64,000 nucleotides of DNA, from positions 2,838,504 through 2,902,503 of the forward strand of contig CAJFCJ010000003.1 of NCBI GenBank assembly GCA_904063045.1, read 5' to 3'. This DNA is from Dimorphilus gyrociliatus (lineage: Eukaryota; Animalia; Annelida). The translations under genes were made by a program, and so were the position numbers. The notes beneath the pieces were generated by a model. It saw only the letters and a program-made list of their open reading frames with translations, did not search any database and was not told the DNA's origin. Below are positions 1 to 13,389 of the stretch, piece after piece (within the stretch, counting starts at the first letter, position 1; every line of letters begins with the position of its first letter).

Positions 1-15
1 CTACAATTGGGTCTC

Positions 16-85
16 TCCCTCCCCCTTCCCCCTTTTCTCTTTCTCACTCTCTCACTCTCTCTGTCTCTCTATCTCTCCGCCCCTC
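16..85. repeat. CT-rich low-complexity tract (within the sHSP intron)
   Basis: ctctct/ctcactct runs. Confidence 0.8.
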
Positions 86-470
86 GCTCTTTGTTCGTGT
101 TTCTTTATTTATTTTCCATATTTTCTTCATGGTACCATTCAATTCTTCATTCAATTATACAACTGTTTCATCATATTCTTGTATTTACCAGTTTATGATA
201 AAATATTTACAAAGGATGAAAATATAAATTGATTTTTTTTCCTTATAGATTAAAACATCCTTTCTTCTTTTCTTTTCTTTTCAACCATTTGTTTGCAAAT
301 ACTTATTATCTTTTGTTTGTCTCCTTACTAATTTATCTCTCATAAAATTTTTAAAAATGCATGAAAATTGAGATGATTAAGGAATTATGAATAATTAGAT
401 TATTCTATTTTGTTTCCTTAATAGTATTACAATGAAAAGTTAATTATAATGCGATTACGGTTGACTACAG

Positions 471-1101
471 GGAGCGGAGTAGTTTCGTGAGGAAGATAGA
501 AAAGCCGAGGGACGTTGATATTTCTAAACTTAGGTCTTTCTTAACATCTGATGGGGTGTTAATTATTGAAGCTCCGATGCCTCCTAGATCGTTAAATATC
601 AAGAAATTTCATCATTCACCTAGTACAATATCTAGGTGTAGATCATCGCCTCCTAGTTCTCCAACAAATTCTAGTCCCCAGACTCCATCTCACTTGCTGA
701 AGCCAAACATTCCTACTTTTTCTGGACAAAATGGAGAAAGAAGAATGTCATTACTAATAGAAATTGGAAAGTGCTTTAAACCAAAGGAAATCGCTGTTCA
801 AATATTAAAATCCGATAGGATAATGGTAAGAGCGAAACACGAAGAAAAAACAAAAGAGCTACAATCCAAGTCAAAGTTTTCTAAAGATTACGACTTAAGC
901 GAACCTATTGAAAGGTATACGCTTAGAGCGGGTTTAACAGAGGATGGCAGATTATTAATAGGTGCTTTGGGTAAGAACCATGATGCTATTACTAAATTAG
1001 CGGCTGTTGAACAAATTACTAAGGATATTGCTGCCAGGTCTAGTTCCTGTAATGTGTTAGATTTTGCTAACTTCCCTCCGGCGGTTGTTCCGCAAATCTA
1101 A
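471..1101 (+). CDS. Small heat-shock protein with two alpha-crystallin domains; last exon only, 5' part lies upstream of the window
   Basis: Acceptor ttgactacAG at 469-470 opens ERSSFVRKIEKPRDVDISKLRSFLTSDGVLIIEAP (end of an ACD). A Ser/Pro-rich linker follows, then a second ACD (FKPKEIAVQI...VRAKHEEK...FSKDYDL...LRAGLTEDGRLLIGA). Stop TAA at 1099-1101. Confidence 0.85.
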
Positions 1102-1386
1102 AGAGGAAAAAACAATTTAAGAAAACAACAGAAGTATTGAAAATATCTCTTTTTCGATAGTTTTTCTCTTCGATTGCTATGACAACTAAAAAATTTTTTA
1201 TTTTCAAAATTATTTAATTACGATTCATTTTATTTCTTCCACTTTCTTTCTGATTCTATCATTCCCTATCCATTTCTCTTTTTTCAACTTTTGGGTTCTG
1301 CTACCTGATTGATAGAAAATATAAAAAAAAGACAACTCCTGGGAAAACTTTCTCACGTTAGTATTTATAATTAAAAAATCCCCAAG

Positions 1387-1395
1387 TAGATGGCG
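1387..1395 (+). promoter_or_regulatory. CTCF-like motif core (ccaagTAGATGGCGtta)
   Basis: Matches the core of the CTCF consensus CCASYAGRKGGCR; non-coding, downstream of the sHSP. Confidence 0.45.
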
Positions 1396-2029
1396 TTAGC
1401 AACCTTTTAGGACTGATATAATTTTCCTCAATAAATGTCTTGAAAGACAAATAGAGGTGAAAAGAATATCAATTTAGGAAAGCGAAAATGTTTTTCGTAG
1501 TTAGAAAATTGGGGAATAACTTATTACAGTTTCCCTGGATGGTAGTTTGCTACGGGAAAGTTTTTTTTTTCAATCTGCAAAATACTCCAATAAGCATCTT
1601 CATTAAAGTTTTATAAACTACTCTCAATGGATTTACTAACATAAAAAACAAAATTTCAAAGGAGCCGACAGTCTTGGGAATAAACTATTTTTGGCTTTTC
1701 AGTTGCTCACGTTTCTTTCTTATATGGATGCACTTTTTGCTCAATTTTCTATTGGTTCAATCAGTTTTATCTTTGGTTTGGGAAATTTTTCCAGGAAAGA
1801 CAATAGAAGAAGAGGAAATATTTCTGAAAAAACATTTTCATTCTCGGCATAATTCAATCTTAAGTTCGTTTATTAAAATGTGCGAAGGTCTAAGAAAATA
1901 AAATATTTGATGAATATATACAAGAATCAGTTTTATGCAGAAATACAAAATCCTTTTTACGTATTCTATCGCAAGTAAACAAATATATTTCGTTTCTTCA
2001 ACAATTATAGAACAATTATATTAATTGGG

Positions 2030-2215
2030 AAAAGGGTGGAAGACAGAAATTGGAAGGGTAAAAATGAGGAAAAAAAGGAAGGAAGGAAGGAAGGACGGAA
2101 ACAAAAAGGAGGTATGGAAACAACAGAGAGAGAGAGGGAATAAGAAAGAAGAAGGAGGAGCAGGAGGAGGGGAAAAGAGAATAAGAAGAAGAGAAGAAAG
2201 AGTAAAAAAAAGTCA
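2030..2215. repeat. Purine-rich (GGAA/GA/GAA) low-complexity tract
   Basis: Nearly pyrimidine-free plus strand; generates the paired K/E/G-rich and F/S/L-rich ORFs. Confidence 0.85.
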
Positions 2216-2904
2216 AATGATGAAGTGGAATAAATTACTTTAGTCTGATTTTTTTTCTGGAAATTTTTTTAAGAAAAAAAAAAACTTAAAGAGAAAAGAA
2301 CTTTTCGAAAACTTGCATTAAAATACATTCTGCATCGCTACTTGTGCTCTTGTAACACTTTATTAACCTATGCATCAAGGTATGGGCATGCTTTTTCTTA
2401 TATACAAGTTTTTTCTTGTCCCAGCTTTGTATTTTAATATCAATAAAAAAAAGCGCTTAATCGTAGTTATATACATATATTATAACATAAAAAAGTACTA
2501 TATTTATATACTTTCTGCAACATACGTACATACAATATGATATAGAATAATAACGTAATAAAATTTAATACAATTGATTTTCTCAGCAATCGCTATTGAT
2601 AGGAAAAAATGTCATTTTCTTTATAGATATTAGGTCAAAAGCTGCGGCTATTATACTATTTATATACCCTTAGACTAAATTGGTGACGTCTTTGAAGGTT
2701 AAAAAAAAAAAAAATCTATATTATTAGGCCTATTACCAGGAAAGCTGTTGCTACGTGTCCTTTTGGTCTAGATTATGAAATATATTCAGCTTGCTTTCAT
2801 ATAAGCCAGCAATATTCCAAATTTATAATAGTGACAATAACCGTTAAAAATTTAAAAAAAAATGATGTATGAGCCGTTTTTTTGGAAAAAAAAGACACAA
2901 TTAG

Positions 2905-2970
2905 ATAAGAAAAAGAGGAAGAGAGAGAGAGAGAGAGAGAGAGAACGAATAAGAGAGCAAGAGAGAGATA
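2905..2970. repeat. (GA)n microsatellite and flank
   Basis: About (GA)12 at 2921-2944. Confidence 0.9.
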
Positions 2971-3228
2971 AAAAAAAAAACTAAGAGTGAGAGGTTTAGG
3001 AGAAGAGAGGGTTGTAATAATGAGAGAAGAGGAAGGAGTGACAATAGAGGCTTTTTTTAATTTAAAAATACCAATCGGCACCTCTGGGTAATGATTATTC
3101 AAGAAGATAAATGAGAATGAAAATAGAAAAAAAAGTTAAAAAAGAATTGTGATGAAATGAAAAGAGGCGTCGATGAATATTTGGATAAATTTTTTTTGTC
3201 ATCTATCGATAAAGAAAATATCGTTTGC

Positions 3229-3237
3229 TAGATGGCG
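3229..3237 (+). promoter_or_regulatory. CTCF-like motif core (ttgcTAGATGGCGtt)
   Basis: Same 9-mer; intergenic between sHSP and ITPR-like 3' ends. Confidence 0.4.
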
Positions 3238-4296
3238 TTTGTATTTTGCCCCTGGACGCCAAAACTTATACCATATGAGAATCAACACAATACTAAAGTC
3301 TTTTGATTCTATAGCATGAGAGGGTTTAACCGTAAATAGTTTAATTAAAATTTATTACAGTAATGGAAATATAAAGACTTAATTTAGTGTTATATTGTAT
3401 AAATGTCCATACAAATATACAGTGTAAGATATAATGTATACTATTATCTATAAAAAATAGGAGCTTTATCGCTTTTAAGCTCTATAATACAAGAATACAA
3501 CGTCCATTGGCAAATTGAATAAAGACAAATGAATTAATCATTAATATCTTTATAATATCTCTTTATTCTAGCTATTCCATTGCTATCGTTAAAAATTTTA
3601 CCAAGGTACTTTTATGTTTTTTTAGATAAATAGAAAAAGTGGACAAAATCGTCGGGTAAATGCACCAATTCGATTCGACTAATTAGATTTTACAGGGTGA
3701 AAATAAAGGCTAATTAACACTTAGACTGAATTTTTAAGTTCTTTTAAATAGTTTTATATCCTTAAAACAAAAAATAATCCTTATCCAATATTTTTAAATA
3801 GATCTTTTGGTAGTCTAACTCGAAGAGTGAGGATCAGTTTATTAAATATAGGCCTAGAAAAGAGACTGAGTGTCGATTATACGATATGCAATGGGCTGTT
3901 GTTAATTGAATGATGGTAAAAAGAAATATTTTCCTTTTTTATTAATTAGACTTACAGACAACCCATCAAGGCAAAGATTAATTTTTATTAATATATATAT
4001 ACATATATATATACTGTATATATGAAAACGTTGTAGAATCTACAAATAATTTACTTTATTATAAATATCAATAAATTAAAGAAATTTGAGCAAACTTTTT
4101 GTTTAAGATACGAATATTCAAGATATAAAAGGGTTAAATTCATAAAAAATGTCCACATATCACATATATTAATATACACGTATACTTATAATTTAGAATG
4201 TAAAGCATGCAAAGTTCGCTCCATTACTTGATTGAGAGTATTGTACAAGTCTTATTGCATTAGTCTGTAGAAATATCTTTGTCACTAAATTATCAG

Positions 4297-4305
4297 CGCC
4301 ATCTA
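4297..4305 (-). promoter_or_regulatory. CTCF-like motif core (acgtTAGATGGCGctg on minus)
   Basis: Same 9-mer in reverse orientation, about 140 nt past the ITPR-like stop codon. Confidence 0.45.
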
Positions 4306-4447
4306 ACGTCCTCGACAGTTATTTTAAACTATTTGGAGGACAATATCTTCGTTAATAGCAAACTTAAAGAGTGACATTTCAAGTATGCACCAATATTTTT
4401 GTTAAATATTTTAAGAGTTTTAAGATAGAAAAAACTGAAATGTCAAC

Positions 4448-7400
4448 CTATACTCTTTTATTACTCTTATGTTGCTGTTCCCATTCTAAGTCTCGTTTCC
4501 GTTCCATTGCCTTCATCTTCTCAGCCTCTTCTTCTTTTAATTTACTAGCAATGTAAAAAATCTGTTCCGCCATACTTTCCATTCTCATTTCATTCGAGTC
4601 TTCGTCCAACCGAAGCGATAAGGCTCTGTTCAATGGAAAAAAATCGTATGTTTCCCTCTCCAACTGTAAAAAAAGAGCTCATACAGAAGATATCTTTTAG
4701 AATTAGATTAAACTGCAAATAGTCGAATTACAAAAAATCAACTTACACTCTTGTGAACGTGCAATTCAATTGATGTATAATCGTTCCATCTTGTTTCATC
4801 TAAATGTATAAAGAAGAATAAATAAGCCCAAAGGTTATGCTCCTTTTTCACATGTTCCTCAAATCCCTAATAATGCAAAGAGATGAATAAGCGTATAATT
4901 TAATATATGCAAATATAAGCAATTTTTTTACATACCCCTCCGTGATGTTCAAAGTCGTAACTTGCCTTTGAACAAATAAAACACGATGATCTCATATCAT
5001 TTTCAACTTGCCATTTATTATCTCTCAATTCAGAGAATGTGTCAACTATAATACCAAAGATAATATTCAAACCGATAGTTGTAATAATTAGCCAAAAGGT
5101 CAGATCGAATAATACTTTATATATATAATATGTAAAGTTTTTATCTTCAGGAATTTGTAGATATTCGTAAGCTCCAGTAATGAAGCCGTGATGCAAAACT
5201 GTTATAGCACACTCGTACATAGTACTGCAAAATAGACCATTCTTTCCTGGATATAAGTCTCTAAAGGCAGCAAAAGATATAAGGGCGTATATATATATGA
5301 AAACTAATCCGAATAAGAATACCCAAAGCATTGAATAGCCATTCAGAGTAACCGCTTTTATAGCCCTTTTTAACATTTGGTTGAATTGAGCAACGTGCAA
5401 CAAATGAAATGAGAAAAAATATCCCCAGAATATTGTTCCTAAAATAGAAAATATGAAAAGACCGATATACCAGAGAGTTTCAAATGACAAAAAGTTAACA
5501 CGAAGGTTTCCCTCTACCTCCTCTTCTTCCTCCTCTATATCTTCTTTATCTGATGACTTATATTTTCTTATAAATTTACCGATATTGGGTAATTTTGGTG
5601 AGTTTGTAATAAAATACGAAATAGTCACGCACAAAGTAACAGCATTATGAAGTCCGCCAAAAATGTAAATTATGATTGGAGTAAAATCATAACGATAATC
5701 AGGTTTAATCGTTGAACCACTCTGGGGGGCTTTCCAAGTTATCATTATTGTTATAAAGATGATTAGTGATATAAAGATCATTAACATATTAAATGGATAC
5801 CAAAACTTTACAAAGAAACGAGAAAATGGATTACTAAGCACTTTTCTTGTATATTTAATATCTCTAATGATATCTTTGCTCCACTCCATAAAATCTCTTA
5901 ATTTATTACTGGGAGATGAACGGTCAACCTCGTATTTAAATTTTTCCTTAACATCATCTCGAAGAACACTTCTATCTTTTACTCTGAAGTATACCTTTTG
6001 CAGTTGATTATCTGCATTAAAAGAAGAATAAGTTAGATATTTTTAAATGGTTTCTTTTAAAAACTATGGTTTGATCAATTGTACAGACCTTTTAATATTT
6101 CAATGCTTAACGTCACTGAATTGTAAAATTTCCATATCTCTTCATTCTCTGGTTTGTATTTATAAGTTTTCTCTTCTATTTCGCATACTTTCAATAAGAA
6201 ATGGAAATACTTAAAGCCTAAATCGAGAACTTGTTCTTCTTTCCTTCTCTGATAGCATTCGATACATATTAGAAATATACTGTCAAAGTCTATTGCTTCG
6301 GCAACATCATAAGCAACTCCATGACCTCCACTATTTCGTTCTTCAACTAAAGATACTAATAAATTTATGACCGCCATTTTCAATCCCCTTATGCTCTCAT
6401 CATCGCATGTTTGAAATTGGGCTCCACGAAGAATGAAATTTATGTAATCTATTATTTTATTATCGAATACAACTGTTTGATTCGTCGCATTTCCGGATGT
6501 AAATTCAACGAGAGTACCAAGTAGTTCTGTTACTAGGCCTATACTGTGAGAGTCGATCGAAGAATATAAGAGACTTAGAAATCTAGCTGTTTCTGATATA
6601 AGATTGACAGATTTGATGTTATCAGGTTGTTCTCTTAGATAATCTTGAAGAGTAGTATTCTGACCGTCACACATTAAACCTAACAGTTTTAATACTAGGT
6701 TTATATAACCATCATCCTTATATTCCATATCTCCAACGTCACCTAGGGATTCTTTAACCATAGCCTCTAATTCCTCATCAGTCATCTCATTCGAAGTTTT
6801 AATGGGCACAACTTGATTCTTTTTGACTGATGAACTCCTCGAATTATTCTCAAAGGATATTTTAGTGTTTTCTAAATCTTTATTATTTCCCAAAATACTA
6901 CCGTTTGACGTTGATTTAATATTAATAATCTTACCATTACTTCGTCCCAAATTCTTACTATAGGAATAGGGGCTAGGAGAAATGTTTAATCTTGAAGAGG
7001 CCAGATTCATCCTGGATCCCAAAGCTCTAGAACCTAATTTTGCTCTTGATCCTAAGGCTCTAGAACCTAACATTATCCTGGCTTGTGATTTTCCAGATCC
7101 CACAATACCATTACCCATTGGCCCTTGTAATTCCATTGCTTTACCCTGTTGCATGGCCTTTTTAAGAGCTTTGGCTTGATCGACATTAATTCTGATCTTT
7201 TCTTGATGCTGGGCCATTAGAGATCTCTTTTCCTTTATTGCAATACTGGAATACTGCATTCGATTCTTAATTGCCTGGAAGAATTTTTCTTCTCTAGTCC
7301 CCAGGAAGTAATCTATTAAACTGTGTTGAACCCTTTCATTACCACCGAATAACATTGTTGCCTGAAAGGCTAAAACTTCTCTTATAATTTCTGAATTATT

Positions 7401-10400
7401 CTTTGCCAAATGGGAAAGAACGGGAAGTATTGCATTATAAGAGTTTAATGAATTTTGGACATCTTCAATCATTTTTAATGCTTTTGTATGTAATTTAGGC
7501 GTATTTAACCAATCTGGAGGTAGTTTAACTATTTCGTTGTGAATTAAACCCCTAATTAGTTTAATACATTTTACATCCAATTTTTCTTGAATAACAATAT
7601 CTCTTTCATTCACGTGATGAGTTGTAGATGATATCCTGCGAAGAACATATTAATAATATATTTTTTTAAATCGAATTATTCAAATATCGCTGTAAATCTT
7701 ATTAATCTAAGGAAATTGTTCTTACTCTAACTGCTGGACAAGCTTTCTTGCTAGAGCGTAGCGTTTATCAATTACTTTCTCCTTTTCGTCTATGAAAACA
7801 CTAAGGTGATCTTGAAATTCTTGACCTAGAGGTAGTATCTCGTCACCTTCGGGGTCAAAGTAATATTCGTCGGACGGATAACCCGTTTGAGCTCGCACGG
7901 TGTTCTCTCCGCCATATATTATTGCAAAATTTTTTGAAAATGTATTTAAAAGGGTGTTTATCTCTTCTTCGTGTTGGTAATCTTCGTCATATTGCTTCCT
8001 ACTTTCGGATTTTAGGCATTGAACATTACCACTTTTTGCAAATATTTCTTTAAATTCTTCCATAACAGCGGAAGGTATATTGGAAAGTTGACTTAAAACA
8101 GACCTCATACAATAAACAAGATGATTCATATGCGTTGGATTCGATATTAGATCAACTGTTTTTCTAGTAAAGTACATTAAAGACTCGCCTAGAGTTTGAA
8201 CAATAGTTTCTTCATTTGAATAGTTTTCTTTATCTATTTGATAGTGAATGCTAAAGAAAACTTGCAGGAAAGGTAGGGCCGCGTCAAATAGAAAGTGTAG
8301 AGTACTGTGATGAGAAATATCTCCTCCATGTTCTTTTTCCGAGTGTTCAACGCTAAAGATGAGCAATTTGTAAGATAAAAAATAATAATATGTAGGCTTA
8401 TATTACAAATAAACTTTAGTCGAGTTGTTATTTTTTGCAACGTTGTTTTTTTAACGAAAAGAATAGTCATTCAGTGAAATAAATGTATGTTATTATATTG
8501 GATAAGATATAAAGGGTATATAGAATTTAGCCTACTTACGAATTAGTTGGAGCTTTCTTTAGTAAATGTATTACAGCTTCTGGGTTATCCTCGGCGTATT
8601 TTGCAGTTGTTTGAAAGTGTTTCGATAATTGTTCTATAAACGTCCACATGTTCCTAAATATAATGAATTAAAAGTAACTAGTGTTTACAGAATACAAATA
8701 TAAAGATTAGATTACTTGTTATGATTAATTTCGTTGGGTGCCGAATCTATTCCTCCTCCAGCTGTATTAAGATAAACCCATAAAAGGAATCTTAAATATG
8801 GTCTTTTTAGATGATTATCTATGTCTGTTTTATTTAGTACATCTAATAGTTCATTTATAGTAAAGATAGTTTGGCATTGAGTTTCAATAGACTGATTTTC
8901 TCCTTCTGCACAAGTTGCCAATAGATCAACAAGAGATGCTAGATAGTCTGCTTCCTCATTTGTAGATTTTAATAGGTTATTACGTTTTTCAACAGGTTGA
9001 TCAATAACAAATGCAATATCTGTTCTGAATTGCATGAAATATTTCATTACGTACGCTTGATTGCGTTTCAGAGGTAAATCTAATTCTTCAACTTTTACCA
9101 ATGCATTAAGTACGTCCAAAAATTGAGGTGCTTTCGATTTATGCTTAGCAACAAGATGCATTAACTTTTGAATATGTTGAGGGAGAACATTCATACAAGT
9201 ATCTTTATTTCCCGTAAACACCTCTACTAGTGCCTCACCAAGTTCAGGCTCTGCTCCTTCGACTGTTAATAATATATCTAATCTATTAAATAGCCTTTCC
9301 TGTACAGTTTTATTCGATCTTGTTAAATGCTTTAATAAAAGGAAGGTATGAGCTAAAACTCGTCTCATTCCAGAATACTGATCTTTCAAATCGAAATCTA
9401 ATGGTAGAGAAAATATGGCAAAGCAACTTGAAATGATACTATGATTGTATAATATAGCCTGATTCATTGGATGAGGTTCTTCCGGTTCGTTTTCAAGTGA
9501 ACAAAATTTTCTAAATTCATCAAGAATTTCAATCATTTGTTCAATTTGCTCGGAAGACATTTTAATAGTGGTTAATCGGTTCATAATTGGTAGTAATTTA
9601 TGTATCTCTTTTTGAACCCTTGACGATTCGTCGTTTATTAGGATTTGAGCTTGAATAGCTCTTTGAAATAAGTTTTCGTTACTCGTAAAAAATCTATTTA
9701 TAAGACTCATTGATCCTGTAACCATAGTATCGTATTCATATAATGATAAATCTTTGAATATATCTATAAAGTCGATATTAAGTCCTGCGAATAAGCCAGA
9801 TTTTGCTGACATTTCCTTAAGTCTCTTCATTGCTGTTGATGATAAACTGAAAAAGTATATATTAGAGAGATTTGTTTCTTTTTATGGTTATTATCTATAT
9901 AAATTACCTTGGACTTGGTTTAAACTCTCTTGTGAGTAACTGGCCTAAAGTAGGTGAACAATCAGGTTTATTTGATTCTTCGTAGATCAATTTGAATTCT
10001 CTTATGAATCTCTAATGGTTTTGTGAAATGATTGTAAACATTTTGTATTTACAGTATATACTCTACTATAATATTTTACCTTTAATTTTGATTCGAAACG
10101 GTAATTAAATACAAGATCTAGGACTCTTATGGCTTGAACTTTTGCGTCAACGATTGCTTTTCCTTCGCGACTTTGTTTGTATCTGTCAATAGTTCGGTAA
10201 TGTTTCATTACTTCGCTCGATATTTTATCTTTGGATTTGTATGGCTTATCGTTTCTACCATCTAAAAGATTAAAAAATGGGGGAAGCAATGCTCGAATAT
10301 CGTCTCTATATCTATAAAATCCAAGGCTTATAAGGTAGTGCACTAATCGCAGAACCTGTTCAATAAGAACATTATGACCGATATCAGAGGCAGTCATGTC

Positions 10401-12047
10401 TTTGTTATCATCAAAAAATTTTGAAAGCCAGACATGTAGTTCTTTAAAGTGTTCTGTTCCACTAGTAGGCAGATCATCATGATTCAAAACTTCATCTTCA
10501 TCTAATTCATCATAGGAGAAAGTTAAATTAATTCTCTCCATGACCGCTGAATTTTTGTCAATGTCAATAAATAAACTTATTATTAAATTACAGTACTGAG
10601 CTCTTAATTGATCAGGTAGCATTTCATCACTTAGACAGAGATAAGCCTCTTCCCAAGTCAGGTAGCATAAGTCGTTAGCTATAATATTAATTGGGATAGG
10701 GTTTCTTCCATGACAAAGATTTTCGAAAAGATCAAGCTGATGTTCCAAAAATAATGTTTCATCTTTGCCAGCTGTTTCCATAAACTCCTGGAGGGGTTTC
10801 CAATTATGCTTTTTTGTTGCTACGTAGACAACCTTTGGAGTTTTTCCTATCTTTTCACCTAGTTCCGTTAAATAGACACAACTCCTGTCACCATCCTTTA
10901 ACCACTTCTGAGCAATATACGACTGATTTTCAGGAATAGATACTCCATCACAAACGCATAGTACACTTAACAAATCTAAATAATGATAATTCTTTTTCAC
11001 TTTAAGTAAATCAACAAATTCATCGATATGTTCCTTATTTATTCTATCAACTATCTTTCTATTGTCTCTTATTAGCTCCATAACCATCTGAGTAGCGCTT
11101 AATCCTTAAAAGAAACAAAATAATCATATACTATAAAAATCAAATCAATATAGAAAAGGACATAGTAAACACTAAGAAAAATATCTTACCAACTTCTCCC
11201 CCAACTGAGATTTGAGTTTTAAAAAAGTGTATGTATTTTGCTATATATAGTTCATTCTTTCTACTATTGCCCATTAAATAGGTATATAAAAGATTATAGC
11301 ATTCAACACATATGTTTGTCATAAAAACAGAATCTTTGTTTCCTCTATTGGGAAATTGTAGAATTTGAACAACTAATTCAACAATCATTAAATTCCTCAT
11401 CAGTTTTTGTCTATTCTTATCGGGTTCCGAGTTGACAATTAAAAAATCTTCTAATTCATTTATTGCCGATACAATCTCATTGCATTCACTTTCCGTTATA
11501 AACAAACCGGATGTTTTCTATTTAAATACAGTAGAATAGTTATTTTAATATATTTTAGTTAATTTATGAAAACTAATTAACCATTTCAATTAACTTTAAC
11601 AAGACTGGTACAATACCAGCAGCGTAATAGAAATTTCTACAATCGATATTCTCAACTTTCTGTAACGTGAAAGCGTCGTCGTATTGCATTTCTTTAATTG
11701 CTCCGATTGTTTTTAAACATGCAGTTGTCCATTTTAAACTATCCATTGAATTTTCACCATAACCAATAACCTTTGAAGTTTTAGAATCGACAAAGTCATC
11801 TATATTAACAATTTTTTTATGTTAATTATTCAATATCATCTTAAAATATAAATAAGTTTTCATACCCAAACTGGCGTGTAGCCAATACCCGCTAACTACA
11901 TGCTCAATTCGGCAATAAGTCTCATATTCAATGTTATCATGTTCCTAAATTGAAAGTAGAATACGTATGAACTGAATGGACTTTTGAAAACGCTGTCAGA
12001 TTATTGAATCAGCTAACAATAAGCTTTACTATATATATATTTATATT

Positions 12048-12094
<47 letters not shown>

Positions 12095-13389
12095 TAACAA
12101 TCAGAGCTTTTCGTAGTGTCTTTCTCTCTAAAATTAAACTCTCCTTTTATTTCGTTTTTACAAAAAGGTGCTAGTTTCAGCACATTCCTCTGATTGCTTA
12201 AGATTATCAGTTATTCGTTTAAATAATGATTCTTTATATTAGTATTAGTAGTTTTATGTACTATAAACAAATAAGTAAAGTATACGTACTTGAATAACTG
12301 GATGTAATTTGAATACAGTGTTAGGATTATTGGCGTCTTTAGTTAAAGAGACACTTTCATGATTCACCAGTAGATAGAGTCTTGTACAGACATGTTTTAA
12401 ACGGCATTGCTGATGCCATTTGACTTCTGATCCATCTAGATTACTTGATAATAATTCAACCTGCCAATATGTTATTGCCGACGTTGATGGAAATAATGTT
12501 TTTGGTATATTTTGATCTACAGGTCTAATCCTTAGGTGAACTAGTAAAAAATAATAAGTTTTAAGCGTTCAAAAGCATCGTAATATATAAATCTAATACA
12601 ACCGTCATCTGCTATTTCTCCCGTTAGTAGTCCTGATGCACATAGGTATGCTTCTATTTCTTTATGAAAAAATCTCACGAAATGACCAGACTTTAAAAAA
12701 TTTGTCATTTCTTTTGAAGGCTTATAACGTCTTAAGAGTCTAAATCCAGATTGTTTAACTGATAAGTTCAATTCTAAACTATCTTTATAAACTGATCTTG
12801 ATGGTAATTTAGACTTGCTAACATGAAGATATTGTCCAGGCGTTTTTACAGACTCGAAAACAATTTGATCTTCAACTTGCACAATATCGCCTTCAGCTTT
12901 TACTTTATATCTTGGCATGATTTTAAATTGAGCATTTTTAGCATTATACTCTGATAGAAATACTTTCATACTTCCAGATTTTGTTGTAGCCGTTGTTTCT
13001 GTACTACTATGTATGAACTTTTGAGTAAACAAGTGTCTTAGTTGTATCGTTTGTCCATAAAGGACTTTTCTACCAAATTGTCTCTTTTTCTCATTTTCGT
13101 TATCATCCGATTCAGCTTCAGCTGCCAGTTGTAATTGAGCAAGTTTTTCATTCGAGATGGACTCATATTTTGCCTTCCTAAACTTCTTGTCAAATTTATA
13201 TCGATTCACAACACATATTTCGAACGTAACAGACGCTGGATCAACGGCGACAGGATTTTGTCTATCCTGTCCTGATTTAACGGCAATATCCGTATGAATA
13301 GAACTTGAAAGATACGAATATACAAATCCGTGAGAATCTTCTGAATACAAGCAAATAAAGTCTCCAACATGCAAAGACTCAACAGCCAT
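4448..13389 (-). CDS. ITPR: Inositol 1,4,5-trisphosphate receptor-like Ca2+ channel, divergent class; about 14 exons, roughly 2,500 aa by hand tally
   Basis: N-terminus MAVESLHVGDFICLY; MIR/beta-trefoil (FGRKVLYGQTIQLRHLFT, VRFFH); RIH (RQKLMRN, SRKNELYIAK); RIH-associated (LGLMCDGQNTTLQDYLREQPDN); TM region with LNIIFGIIVDTFSELR; C2H2 zinc site CFICS...FEEHVKKEHNLWAY; YDFFPLNRALSL. Introns checked include 12541-12602 and the one ending gtacgt at 12289. Confidence 0.93.
7015..7070 (-). repeat. In-frame 33-nt-period coding repeat (LGSRALGSR twice) within ITPR-like
   Basis: gatcccaaagctctagaacctaa at 7015-7037 and gatcctaaggctctagaacctaa at 7048-7070. Confidence 0.85.
12030..12093. repeat. (TA)n microsatellite in an ITPR-like intron
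   Basis: Pure TA run at about 12052-12090 with an imperfect left flank. Confidence 0.95.

Noticed and set aside
7-3102. ORFs 7-198, 1674-1901, 2016-2216, 2025-2243 and 2797-3102
   Set aside because: They are translations of CT/GA low-complexity tracts or short AT-rich frames, with no motifs or splice context.
4371-9939. Antisense or alternative-frame ORFs over the ITPR-like gene (4371, 5453, 5759, 6982, 8234, 9754)
   Set aside because: They are shadows of coding exons or intron read-through, with no independent features.
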